Of a DNA stretch of 64,000 nt, positions 24,801-36,118 are shown one piece after another. Position numbers and translations under genes: made by a program. Position 1 is the stretch's first letter, and the number at the start of each line of letters is the position of its first letter. The notes under the pieces were generated by a model that worked only from the letters and a program-made list of their open reading frames with translations, searched no databases and was not told the origin of the DNA. The stretch is from the NCBI GenBank assembly GCA_002269645.1, contig NIVC01000016.1:1-64000 (forward strand), given 5' to 3'. This stretch comes from Macrostomum lignano. Lineage: Eukaryota.

Positions 24801-25449
24801 ATAGTAAAAACTCAAAACTGTGCAAAATTTTCGGCTCGTCGCTTCCGCTGCTCAAATCATTCACTTAGACAAGTCATTCGGCAGTTTTCTTTCCGACTCC
24901 TAAACTGTTTTCTGAAAAACCTTTCTTCTGAAGCTAACCGCCCATCCGTTGTAGGCAAACGGAAATCGGGAGAACAGAAGAGAACTGAGGACTGCTCTCG
25001 CAAACTGGCCAAATTGAATCCTTAGTACTCGTAATAGTATATTTTTATAAGCTTCATTGTTTTGACGATTCCGAGTTACTGCTAATTATTTTATTTACGA
25101 GTAAGCTCCCAGTTTATCCTGATGCATAATTACTGCCTTTCTGATGTCCGATGATCCTTCAACCCTGGTAAGTTTGATTAAAACCCTTTTTATGTTTATA
25201 TAGCCTATGGTTTACCAGTTTTATGCATAATTGTTTCTTATAAAAGGCCTCATGAAACTTTCGTTTATTTCGTTACAATAAGGACTTAAAAAAATTCAGG
25301 GGATATGACTTTTCAGCGCTGTATCATCGAGTTGATACTGAAAACCCTATAGAAAATGGCATGGGCTGCCTTGTTTGGTTAGGTAGGATCGGCCTGAGTT
25401 GGACCGCCCCCATTGGACAGTGTCACTTCCAGGTCTTTAGGATTCCCTG
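21879..25449 (+). mobile_element. Full-length P-superfamily (THAP-transposase) DNA transposon
   Basis: Perfect 17-bp TIRs CAGGGAATCCTAAAGAC (21879-21895) / GTCTTTAGGATTCCCTG (25433-25449). Perfect 7-bp TSD GTCCAGC (21872-21878 and 25450-25456). A second GGGAATCCTAAAG copy lies just inside the left end. Confidence 0.95.
22143..25025 (+). pseudogene. THAP-domain P-element (THAP9-like) transposase, intronless, about 960 codons, with one in-frame TAG at 24723-24725
   Basis: THAP zinc finger MGYKCCVFGC...FPKD...RQRW...RVCSKHF. Catalytic motifs LIIDEV, LSCDNS, DTTHNIKN and SDPLERQFG. The ORFs ending at 24725 and 25025 are in the same frame. Confidence 0.9.
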
Positions 25450-26684
25450 GTCCAGCCCTCCTATGCCAGAGAGGCGGCTTGCACTTGCGATAAAGCATCG
25501 GGTCTTAGGGTCAGGGCCAAAGCCTGAGGGTCCGGATCGCATTACGACTTTTAGTGTCTTCTGCCGTTCATCTCTGCCTGTTTGCTGGGCAAGGGAAGAA
25601 ATATGCGGGGCCGCGTTTTTACGGCCACAAGCTAGCGATTATCGCGTCTTGGTCGTGGGCGAAAGTATTCCTACTGCTTTTTGTCTAACCCCAACCAATT
25701 GCAGCATTGAATTCAGTGAAACCCTACTTATTTTTTATCAAAATTGCCTTTTAATCAATTTATTTCAAGAGAAAATGCTTCAGTGTTTATGTTTTGTTAC
25801 GGTCGTAAAACGGCCCTTTTCGAGACAGTTTAGTTTTAGTGGTCTTGTATAAAACTCCAGCTAGGAAAATAGCTCTCAGGGAAGTTCATAGAATTTCCGT
25901 GGGTTATTTTAAGAGAGCATAGGGGCTAATATGTACAGTGTACACTTATGAACTCCGCCGCAGGGGAGTCCATGGGAATTCCGTGGAGTCAAAAAGTGAG
26001 AGTACAGCCATTTAGGCACCTATTGTACACGTGATCAGAGGAAGAGACCCCCTGATGGAAAATCCGTGGCAATTCCATGAGGCTAATTGTTAAGGCTATT
26101 GCCAGAGGTTCGTTGCGGAATCGAAATTCTCTCCGAAGTAACTAAATCGGATCTCAATATCTTCGTGATTCTACTTTTAGAGCTAATTTCATTTTTAGTC
26201 TATAGAATTTTATCCGTTCCAAGCCGATTCGAGTTCCGATGCACCGAAATTGCCAACTTCGTTATTTTTATCCATGCGATTTCGCTAGTATTTATGGTTG
26301 GCTTATAGGTCCTTTTACCCAAGCTGATAGCAAAATCGTGTGGGTTATAGCTATGTGAAAGTATATGCTTCCACATGCCAGATTAATCGGAGCTAATCTC
26401 TGCAATAAAAAAGGGCAAAGTGTGTGTTTTGTGCATCATTTATTAGCCGAGAGAATTCCTAAGCTTAAAAAAGTACAACATTCTTGTGTTTTCCCTCTGC
26501 AGCCCCAGCGAAATCAGAAAAGACTATTTATCATCCGCGGTTTAGCCGGACACGGTGCCCCAAAACTAGCGGTCTGGAGAGTGGAAACGAACCCCTGATT
26601 TCCCAACTCTATCCACGAGGCTTTAGAAAGAAATATGCGAAGCCTACGATGCTAACTTGGCGTTAACATCTTGCCTATGGCTCT

Positions 26685-27760
26685 AAAATCTAGTCTGCGG
26701 CGCTAAAATCTTGTCTGAGGCGCTAAAATCTTTCTGTGGCGCTAAAATCTTGTCTGTGGCGCTAAAATTTTGTCTGAGGCGCTAAAATCTTGTCTGTGGC
26801 GCTAAAATCTAGTCTGTGGCGCTAAAATCTAGTCTGTGGCGCTAAACTCTTGTAGGTGGCGCTAAAATCTTGTCGGTGGCGCTAAAATCTGTCTGTGGCG
26901 CTAAAATCTGTCTGTGGCGCTAAAATCTCTCTGTGGCGCTAAAATCTTTCTGTGGCGCTAAAATCTTGTCTGTGGCGCTAAAATCTTGTCGGTGGCGCTA
27001 AAATCTGTCTGTGGCGCTAAAATCTAGTTTGTGGCGCCAAAATCTAGTCTGTGGCGCTAAAATCTTGTAGGTGGCGCTAAAATCTTTTTTTTGGCACTAA
27101 AATCTCTGTGGCGCTAAAATCTAGTCTGTGGTGCTAAAATCTAGTCTGCGGTGCTAAAATCTTGTCTGGGGCGCTAAAATCTAGTCTGTGGCGCTAAAAT
27201 CTCTCTGTGGCGCTAAAAACTCTGTGGCGCTAAAATCTAGTCTGTGGCGCTAAAATCTAGTCTGTGGCGCTAAAATCTTGTCGGTGGCGCTAAAATCTTT
27301 CTGTGGCGCTAAAATCAGTTGTGGCGCTAAAATCTAGTCTGTGGCGCTAAAATCTAGTCGGTGGCGCTAAAATCTAGTCTGTGGCGCTAAAATCTTGTAG
27401 GTGGCGCTAAAATCTCTCTGTGGCGCTAAAATCTCTGTGGCGCTAAAATCTTTCTGTGGCGCTAAAATCTTGTCTGTGGCGCTAAAATTTCTCTGTGGCG
27501 CTAAAATCTCTTTGGCGCTAAAATCTCTTTGTGGCGCTAAAATCTCTTTGTGGCGCTAAAATCTAGTCTGTGGCGCTAAAATCTAGTCTGTGGCGCTAAA
27601 ATCTTGTAGGTGGCGCTAAAATCTTGTCGGTGGCGCTAAAATCTGTCTGTGGCGCTAAAATCTAGTTTGTGGCGCCAAAATCTAGTCTGTGGCGCTAAAA
27701 TCTTGTAGGTGGCGCTAAAATCTTTTCGGTGGCATTAAAGTCTGTCTGTGGCGCTATTTT
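26685..27760. repeat. About 20-bp minisatellite (about 55 copies)
   Basis: GTGGCGCTAAAATCTAGTCT with length variants of 18-20. It is followed by a C-run and a TIR-like end CTGGCTACGCCAGTG (27896-27910) with no partner found. Confidence 0.95.
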
Positions 27761-28744
27761 GGCGCTCTAGTGTTTGTCTGTCTTGTGTTCAGTGACTCGA
27801 AACTGGGACTCTTGCCTCCCCTCGAAAAGAACGTGTCCACGCGTGTTGCGGCTCAGGCTCGTCACCCCCCCCCCTCCCCCCCTACAGGTAAAATTCTGGC
27901 TACGCCAGTGGGGGTCGCTTTGATAAAGTAGAAATTCATATTCGTAGAAAACAGATTTAGCGAAGGTGTCCAATCCAGATTACCCAGTCTATCTAGAAGT
28001 CCATGGCCCAACACGGCGAAAGGCTCCAGTTTCTTTTTTTAGCCAGGCGCTTGCAAAATATTTCACTATAAGTTGGCGTTTTGGGGATTCGGGATCCGGG
28101 CTATGGGAGCAGCAATTAGTGCTGCAATGGGAGAATGGTGGGCGGGTTGTTAGTGGGGGGGGGGAGTTTGAAAATGCGATTTTCCCGCAGGCGGTTTCGG
28201 CTGGAATTTTTATTCCCTGCTTAGACGCGGCGGGGTGTGGGGGTGGGGGGGCTGTCAGCGCCGGGTCTGTTTAACACTCCCTCCTTGTTAGGGAATTTCA
28301 GGGGAGAATAGATCATTCTAGATCTGGCATGCCGCATCAGATTGTGGCCAGCCCAGCCTAAGTGCGTCGATGCAATTAATTTGTGTGCCGCCTGGGTCAA
28401 TGTGGAGCATTGAAATTTCGGCCTATTCAAAGAGATGGCACGGCTTGACTTGCACCAAATCTGCACCTGACCTTCGGACCACGTGTGTGCGGGTGTAATC
28501 TCCGTGCCCTTAACTTTTGTGTTCAATTAAAACAAATTTCGGCAAGAAATTTTACGCGCAGATCCTTAAGAGACCCCATGGGATTCTTTTCTGTTAGCAC
28601 GTGCGCCCAGTTTTAATACTCTTTTAAGGAGACGCTAAGATTGTCGCCCAATTGGGAAAACTGGGGAGCTGATTTTCGACTTTCAGCATTTCAGGTTGAC
28701 TAGCATTTAGTGGCTTTGTAAAAAATTCAATTTCAATTTAATTG

Positions 28745-29045
28745 TCTAGCCTATGTACATTCAGTTGACTAGCCTATGTACATTCATTTGACTAACCTAT
28801 GTACATTCATTTGACTATCCTATGTGCATTCATTTGACTAGCCTATGTACATTCAGTTGACTAGCCTATGTACATTCATTTGACTAGCCTATGTACATTC
28901 AGTTGACTAGCCTATGTACATTCATTTGACTAGCCTATGTACATTCAGTTGACTAGCCTATGTACATTCATTTGACTAACCTATGTACATTCATTTGACT
29001 AGCCTATGTACATTCAGTTGACTAGCCTATGTACATTCAGTTGAT
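28745..29045. repeat. 23-bp intronic minisatellite (about 13 copies)
   Basis: GACTAGCCTATGTACATTCA(G/T)TT repeated. Confidence 0.95.
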
Positions 29046-29125
29046 CGGCTAGTGTAAAGTGTTTCCAATTTTTGTACTAATTATCTTTAACTTGGCGAAT
29101 GCCCCCCCCCCCTGCCCACTTGCAG

Positions 29126-32100
29126 CTTGCCGACACGCGAAACTCGTCCGTGAAAGCGCAGGTGCTCAGCCGGTTTGCTCAGACTCGCGAGTTTGACAAC
29201 GCCACTGAGGTGTCAGGCTTTGCCAGCCTGCTGGAATCCGAGGCTTCAACAGCCTTCGCCAACGCCAGCGCCTTCGAGATGCGCCAGACTGTTGGCGACC
29301 TGCTGAACGGCGTCACCGCTTTCGGGTCCAAGGACGTCTGGACTGCGTCGGCCGAATCTGGCAGCGAAGACGCCGACGACGGGCGCAAGCTGGCCGAGGC
29401 GGCCGGGGCCGTCATTCGGACCTTGGACAGCCTGGGCAGGGGACTGCAGTTCGCCGGGCCCGAGGTTAACGTCAGCACCAGTGCCATCGGTGAGCTCCTG
29501 GGCAATGGTGTGCGCTGATTTGGTAATCAGGTGTGCGCTGATCTGGTAATCAGGTGTGCGCTGATCTGGTAATCAGGTGTGCGCTGATCTGGTAATCAGG
29601 TGTGCGCTGATCTGGTAATCAAGTGTGCGCTGATCTGGTAATCAGGTGTGCGCTGATCTGATAATCAGGTGTGCGCTGATCTGGTAATCAAGTGTGCGCT
29701 GATCTGGTAATCAGGTGTGCGCTGATCTGGTAATCAGGTGTGCGCTGATCTGATAATCAGGTGTGCGCTGATCTGGTAATCAGGTGTGCGCTGATCTGGT
29801 AATCAGGTGTGCGCTGATCTGGTAATCAGGTGTGTGCTGATCTGGTAATCAAGTGTGCGCTGATCTGGTAATCAGGTGTGCGCTGATCTGGTAATCAGGT
29901 GTGTGCTGATCTGGTAATCAAGTGTGCGCTGATCTGGTAATCAGGTGTGTGCTGATCTGGTAATCAGGTGTGCGCTGATCTGGTAATCAGGTGTGCGCTG
30001 ATCTGGTAATCAGGTGTGCGCTGATCTGGTAATCAGGTGTGCGCTGATCTGGTAATCAAGTGTGCGCTGATCTGGTAATCAGGTGTGCGCTGATCTGATA
30101 ATCAGGTGTGCGCTGATCTGGTAATCAAGTGTGCGCTGATCTGGTAATCAGGTGTGCGCTGATCTGATAATCAGGTGTGCGCTGATCTGATAATCAGGTG
30201 TGCGCTGATCTGGTAATCAGGTGTGCGCTGATCTGGTAATCAGGTGTGCGCTGATCTGGTAATCAGGTGTGCGCTGATCTGGTAATCAGGTGTGCGCTGA
30301 TCTGGTAATCAAGTGTGCGCTGATCTGGTAATCAGGTGAACTCCAATCTTGTAATTATCTATGCGTCCTGTAACTCTTGATAATAAATCAAGATTAGTGG
30401 ATGATGCAGCAGCCAGCATATTTTTTGCTAAAAACTGCCTCAATGACAATTTTGAACTTCAATGCCTCGGCAACGAAAGACTGAAGACGCCAATGCAGAC
30501 TTTTTTTCTGCTTGCCGCTGCAGGCCCTGTTTTTGGCGCAGCTATTTACATTGAAAGCATTTTAGCTCGGCATCAAAGCTCTGATAAACATCGAATCTGC
30601 TTCCATCTTTATTGCTGGTCAGCCAGTTTCCTGTTGACAATCAAACAGTGAGGGAGCGGCTTGAAGATTTTCTACGGCGATAATGCGGTATATTATTTGC
30701 TAGTAATTTTATCTCTTTGCACTGAGGCTTTGGCTGCAGGCGAAATTCCACAAGGCTCAAGTTTATGCCTGTAAGGCTATGCTGTGCATAGCGACTCAAA
30801 TGATAAAATCATGGAATGTGTATTCGACAAAAGCCTTCGTGTGCCATGGAATATGTACAATTGTACAGTTATGAAGAACGGCCTGAATTCATCGTATGTA
30901 CATTCACCAGACATCACTAAAACATTCATAATTCATGGGATGTAATAATTATAATAGTTGATTACACCTGCCCCAATTGGGCCAGATGTGCAACCGACAG
31001 CTCAGCCGCAGCTATTGCGCGGCGCATCTGAAGGCTGCGTACGGCTGTTCAGTCCAAGGACTGGGGGGTCGCCACACGCACCCTCAATTACCTCAGCTAA
31101 TGCTGGCACCCATTTTACAGCTGGGTGAACTGAAGCAATGCAGAGTTAAGTGCCTTGCTCAAGGACACAGATTGTTCCGAGTGGGTTGGGAATCGAACCC
31201 CCGACCTTTCACTCGTGATTCCGATGCTCCAACCACTAGGCTGCAACCCCCCCACCCCCTGTTGGAGCCGATGGAATGTACATTCACCAAACCACCCATA
31301 AATACGTCGTAATTGAGCGCAGATGCCGCGTACACCAGCATGGATCCCCGACCCCCCCCCCTCCGCAGCCATGTCCGTCCGCCGCATGCGCTCTGGCTCA
31401 GCGCTGATGCAGTCCGACTCTGCGGCAGTGAAAGTCAACTTGCTCAACAAAGGAAACTCCGCCTCCTCGTTTTCCGCCGCGTCGCCTCCCGTATCCATGG
31501 TAACCAGCGTTGTCAACCTTCCGCGTCTAATTAGTCGCCTAGGCAACGCTGGCCAGCCGGTGGCGTCGAGGATTGTGCAGGCCACGCTGTACTCGGCCGC
31601 TGACGGGGCCCGGCTCGACAGCGGCGTGGAGCTGCGGGTTCTGCTGCTGCTGCCGCACCTGGACAGCTCCAATGTCGGCTCTGCCGAGCGTCGCTGCGTT
31701 TTCCTCCAGGCCGACAGCTCCCTGTCCGAGCGTGGCTGCCGTCCAGTGGCCGAACTGTCGGACAGCAGTCGGACAGCCTGCAGCTGCGAGCATCTGACCA
31801 GCTTCGCCGCCGTGGTGCTGCCCGGCACCGTCTGGCTGGGGCCCGACACGCACCGGCTGTGGCGAATGCATTCGCCAGTGCTGCGCGCCCTCACCTACGT
31901 GTGCCTGGGCGCCTCCATCGCCTGCCTGCTGATCACCAACATCACCTACCTGGCCATTAAACTGAGGGGCCCGCTGGCTGACAAGTCAGTGGTCACCCTG
32001 CACAGGGTGCACCACAGCCTGTGCTTCGCCCTGCTGCTGGCTCACTCGCTTTACCTTGTCGGCTTCAATCCGCCTGCCGCTCTCGGCCACCTAGGCTGTC

Positions 32101-34444
32101 AGATTCTGTCCGGCCTGACTCTGTACGCTCTGCTCTGTGTGTTCTGCTGGCTGCTGTGCGAGGGCGTGATGTACGCCAAGAGTCTCATTGTTGTGCTGCC
32201 AGGAGTGGACTCCGCGTTTGCTAAGGTGAGCTAAGGATTGCGAGATTAGACTGTGTGGGGAAGGATGGGAATGGATAGAGTTGAAGGGATAAGGTTAGAC
32301 GGGATAGGGGTGAGATTAGTCAGAATAGAGGTGAGATTAGATGGGATGGGGGTGAAATTAAATGGAACTGGTTGAGATTAGACGGAATAGAGGTGAGAAT
32401 AGTAGGGATATGGTGAGATTAGATTGGATTGAGGAGAGATAATACGGGATTAGGGAGAGATTAGACGGAATAGAAGTGAGATTAGACGGAATAGAGGTGA
32501 GCCGAGAAGGGATAGGGTGAGATTAGACGGAATAGAGGTGAGCCGAGAAGGGATAGGGTGAGATTAGACGGAATAGAGGTGAGACTAGTAGGGATAGGGT
32601 GAGATTAGATTGGATTGAGGAGGAGAGATAAGACGGGATTAGGGAGAGATGAGACGGAATAGAAGTGAGATTAGATGGAATAGAGTGAAATCAGACGGAG
32701 TAGAGGTGAGATAAGACGGGATAGGGGAGAGATTAGACGGAATAGATGTGAGATTAGATGGGATAGGGGAGAGATTAGACGGAATAGATGTGAGATTAGT
32801 CGGGATAAAGGTGAGTTTAGAAGCTCAGGCTAGCCTGAGTCTGTGAGTCGCAAGCTCCCACCCGATATGTATAGAAAGCAGCAATAAAAAAGTAAGTTTT
32901 CTGTCCAACTCTGCCGGCTCCGCCAGGTGAAGTTCTGGCACTACTGCCTGCTGAGCTACGCCGCCCCAGCGGTCATTGTGGCCATCACAGCCGGCCTGCG
33001 GCACCGGCAGCTCATCCAGCTGGAGTCGCCCGACCTGGCCTCGGACTCGGCCACCCCGGCGCCAAAGGCGTGCTGGCTGTCCGAGGAGCTGGGCACCAAC
33101 TACGCCTTCCTGGCCCCCATGCTGCTGGTGTGCCTGGCCAACCTCTTGGTCTTCGTCATCGTGCTTGTCAAGCTCACCCAGCGCGACGCCGTCCGCTGCC
33201 CGAAGCCGGACCTGCTGCCGTACCTTCGGCGTCAGGTGAAGCTGTCCGTGACACTGGCCGGCCTGCTTGGCCTGACCTGGTTGCTGGGCCTGCTGTTCTA
33301 CTTTGCCCAGACTCACCTGTTCGTGGCGCTGCACTACGCTTTCACTTTGCTCAACGGTCTGCAAGGCTGCTTCATCTTTTTCACTCAAATATTCGCTCAC
33401 GACCGGATCCGGGACGGCTGGGAGAAGTGTCTGCTGCAGAGCCGGTGCACGCCGCAATGCCTCAGGGCTTGGCTGCAGAATCGGCGACACGCCAGGATGA
33501 GCGGCACAGGCAGCTCGGGGCAGTCAAAGAATGCCAACAATGCGAATAGGAAGGCCAAGGTGAATTCTGCCGGCAATGCCAAGGTTAGCTCTGGGGCTGA
33601 CCGGTGTGGCAGTTCATGTGTCAGTCTCTGAGGGAAATGTGTCAGGTTCGGTTAGAGATGTGTCAGAATCGGTTAGAGATGTGTCAGAATCGGTTAGAGA
33701 TGTGTCACAATCGGTTAGGAATGTGTCAGGATCGGATTGGAATGTGTCAGGATCGGATTGGAATGTGTCAGGATTGGATAAGAATGTGTCAGGATCAAAT
33801 AGGACTGTGTCAGAATCGGATGGGAATGTGTCAGGATCGGATAGGACTGTGTCAGGATCGGATTGGAATGTGTCAGGATCAAATAGGAATGTGTCAGGAT
33901 CGGATAGGACTGTGTCAGGATCGGATTGGAATGTGTCAGGATCGGATAGGACTGTGTCAGCTACTGGTCCGGTAGTCAGGGCTCAGTCAAGCACAGCCCT
34001 CACCTGTTGCCCCCTCCCCAGTCGTCAAGCGGCAACTCGGGCGGCAGCATTCCCTCGCTGATAAACCTGCTCAGGCGGCTGAGCCTCCGCCGGCGCAACA
34101 ACAACAGCAGCGGCACCACCCACGTGTCCGAGCTGTCGCCGATGTGCAAGAACTCGGCCGCTGGCAGTGGTGGCGGCCGGCGCCTCGGCCAGTCAGAGGA
34201 CGAGTCGCAGCCGTTCCTGTCCAACACCCGCGACGAGTCCGGCAGCCCCGGCAGGAGCCACCGGCAGGCGCCGCTGGTCACCGAGGAGAATTTCACCTCC
34301 ACCTGCCCGCCGCGCGAATCCGGTTTCTTTGAGAGCCAGCTGGCTGCCGACGACCAGTCTCTGTTCGACATCACTCACAGCCTGGCCGAGCCGGCACTGG
34401 CGCCCCCGCCGACGCCTGCTGAAAGCCTGCCAGAGAACTGCTAA
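29126..34444 (+). CDS. Adhesion G-protein-coupled receptor (family B2, latrophilin-like): GAIN/GPS, 7TM and cytoplasmic tail
   Basis: Exons 29126-29489, 31369-32225, 32927-33559 (or -33583) and 34022-34444 have GT-AG boundaries and phases 1,0,0. GPS: CVFL...SERGC...TACSCEHLTSFAAVV. There are seven hydrophobic helices with class-B motifs (WLLCEG, SYAAPAVIV, CWLS...NYAFLAP, LLGLTW, LNGLQGCFIF). Confidence 0.92.
29508..30337. repeat. 23-bp intronic minisatellite (about 36 copies)
   Basis: GTGTGCGCTGATCTGGTAATCAG repeated, starting about 18 nt after the donor at 29490. Confidence 0.97.
30985..31245 (+). mobile_element. CORE-SINE (MIR-core-like) fragment
   Basis: CCCATTTTACAGCTGGGTGAACTGAAGCAATGCAGAGTTAAGTGCCTTGCTCAAGGACACAG...GGGAATCGAACCC (31109-31203) closely parallels the MIR/CORE consensus as I recall it (CCCATTTTACAGATGAGGAAACTGAGG...GTTAAGTAACTTGCCCAAGGTCACACAG...GGATTCGAACCC). 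Confidence 0.7.
32240..32815. repeat. Degenerate 21-bp intronic minisatellite
   Basis: GAGATTAGACGGAATAGAGGT-like units fill the intron. Confidence 0.9.
33635..33960. repeat. 21-bp intronic minisatellite
   Basis: GGAATGTGTCAGGATCGGATT-like units. Confidence 0.92.
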
Positions 34445-35244
34445 GTATCTGATGATGATGCAGAAACTTTTTGTATTTTAGGGGGCCCAACAGTTTGAAG
34501 CCTCGATAATCAATATTTTAAACTGATTTTTTAGTTTTATCCTCACTATGCTACTGATTGCAGCGCTAGTAAGTAGTGTAGTTTAATTATGTAGTCAAAA
34601 AAATAAGTCGGCAGTTAGGTTAAAATTAAGTAATGGAAGTAAAATTAATTTGTGCAATCTTAAGTTTTCATGGACTGCGCTGTCCCTGCTGCAAGTTTTG
34701 TAGATGTTGCAATTTGTTGTAAATCTTTTTCTTAATTGATATCTGTTGCGACAGCTTTCAATATTTTGTTGGTTTCATCCTACTGAAACTTGCTATGCTT
34801 TTCATCGCTGTTTATGAAATACTTTTGTTTACAAGCGCTATTTTTTTGTTGATATTTACTATATTAGCGTTCGCGTGCATCTATGCTACTTATTGTTAAG
34901 GTTTATTTTAGTAGTACCTCGGCACATCAAGAAAACAAATTAATTTTTGTTCTCGCTTTTTAAAAGAAGTATTTCTACGAGTATCAAGCAAATTTTACCT
35001 CTAAACTTCTGCTTTGCTTCTGCAGCAGTGTGCGTAAGCTACTTTCAGTAGTGCATAGTGCAGTGTGCTTATCGTTGTTTTAGTTTTGTAAAAACAATAC
35101 GTACGTTATTTGCATTATTTGTCTATGATCTCTGTGTATAAGTGTCACACTGAAATAGGCTATTATTTGTGGTCTGCTGAATCTCCGTGTAACTGAGTGG
35201 TTTACTCAGTGAGGTGGGTGGCTGATAGCTGCTCCATAGTAGCC

Positions 35245-35690
35245 CTACCCCAATCCACTCAGTCCTTCAGTGTACATTGGTTCCAGAACAGCCCCCACCC
35301 CAATCCCCCCAATCCACGCAGTCCTCCAGTGTACATTGGCTCCAGAACAGCCCCCACCCCAATCCACGCAGTCCTCCAATGTACATTGGCTCCAGAACAG
35401 CCCCACCCCAATCCACGCAGTCCTCCAGTGTACATTGGCTCCAGAACAGCCCCCACCCCAATCCACGCAGTCCTCCAGTGTACATTGGCTCCAGAACAGC
35501 CCCCACCCCAATCCACGCAGTCCTCCAGTGTACATTGGCTCCAGAACAGCCCCACCCCAATCCACACAGTCCGCCAGTATACATTGGCTCCAGAACAACC
35601 CCGTAGCCCTATCCACGCAGTCATCCAGTATACATTGGCTCCAGAACAACCCTGTAGCCCTATCCACACAGTCCTCCAGTGTACATTGTA
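35245..35690. repeat. About 50-bp minisatellite (about 9 copies)
   Basis: CTCCAGAACAGCCCCCACCCCAATCCACGCAGTCCTCCAGTGTACATTGG repeated. Confidence 0.93.
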
Positions 35691-36118
35691 AACAACGAAA
35701 ATATTTATAATGCTTAGATTACCACAAAATTTTGTTGTTTTCTATTTTTAAAAGCACAATAACTTTGAACAGGCAACTCTTTGCAACATGTTTTGCTTGC
35801 AGCGTGGAATTTGTCACTCACATTATACTGTCACATTATACTTATTGTTCTTTTGATTAGATAGTGCTGTATGTCATATTTCATTGGCTTATCCCATGTA
35901 TTTATAGTTGTGTGCGTCTGTCTGTTTAGTTTGATGAAATCAAATGCCGTTTTAACAAAGCTTAGGGTATCAGCGGTTCATTTTTGAAACCAGTGCAATA
36001 TAAAACACTAAATCGCACCTTTTTGTTAATGCTACTCACAGTAGTCATGCGAGAATGACCAATTTCTATCGGCTGTTTTGTTTTTATGTTGTTGCAAGTT
36101 AGCAAACTTAATTTATTT

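Noticed and set aside
26685-30337. Regular 20-36-bp direct repeats here and elsewhere, as possible CRISPR arrays
   Set aside because: The units are head-to-tail with no unique spacers, there are no cas genes, and the context is eukaryotic.
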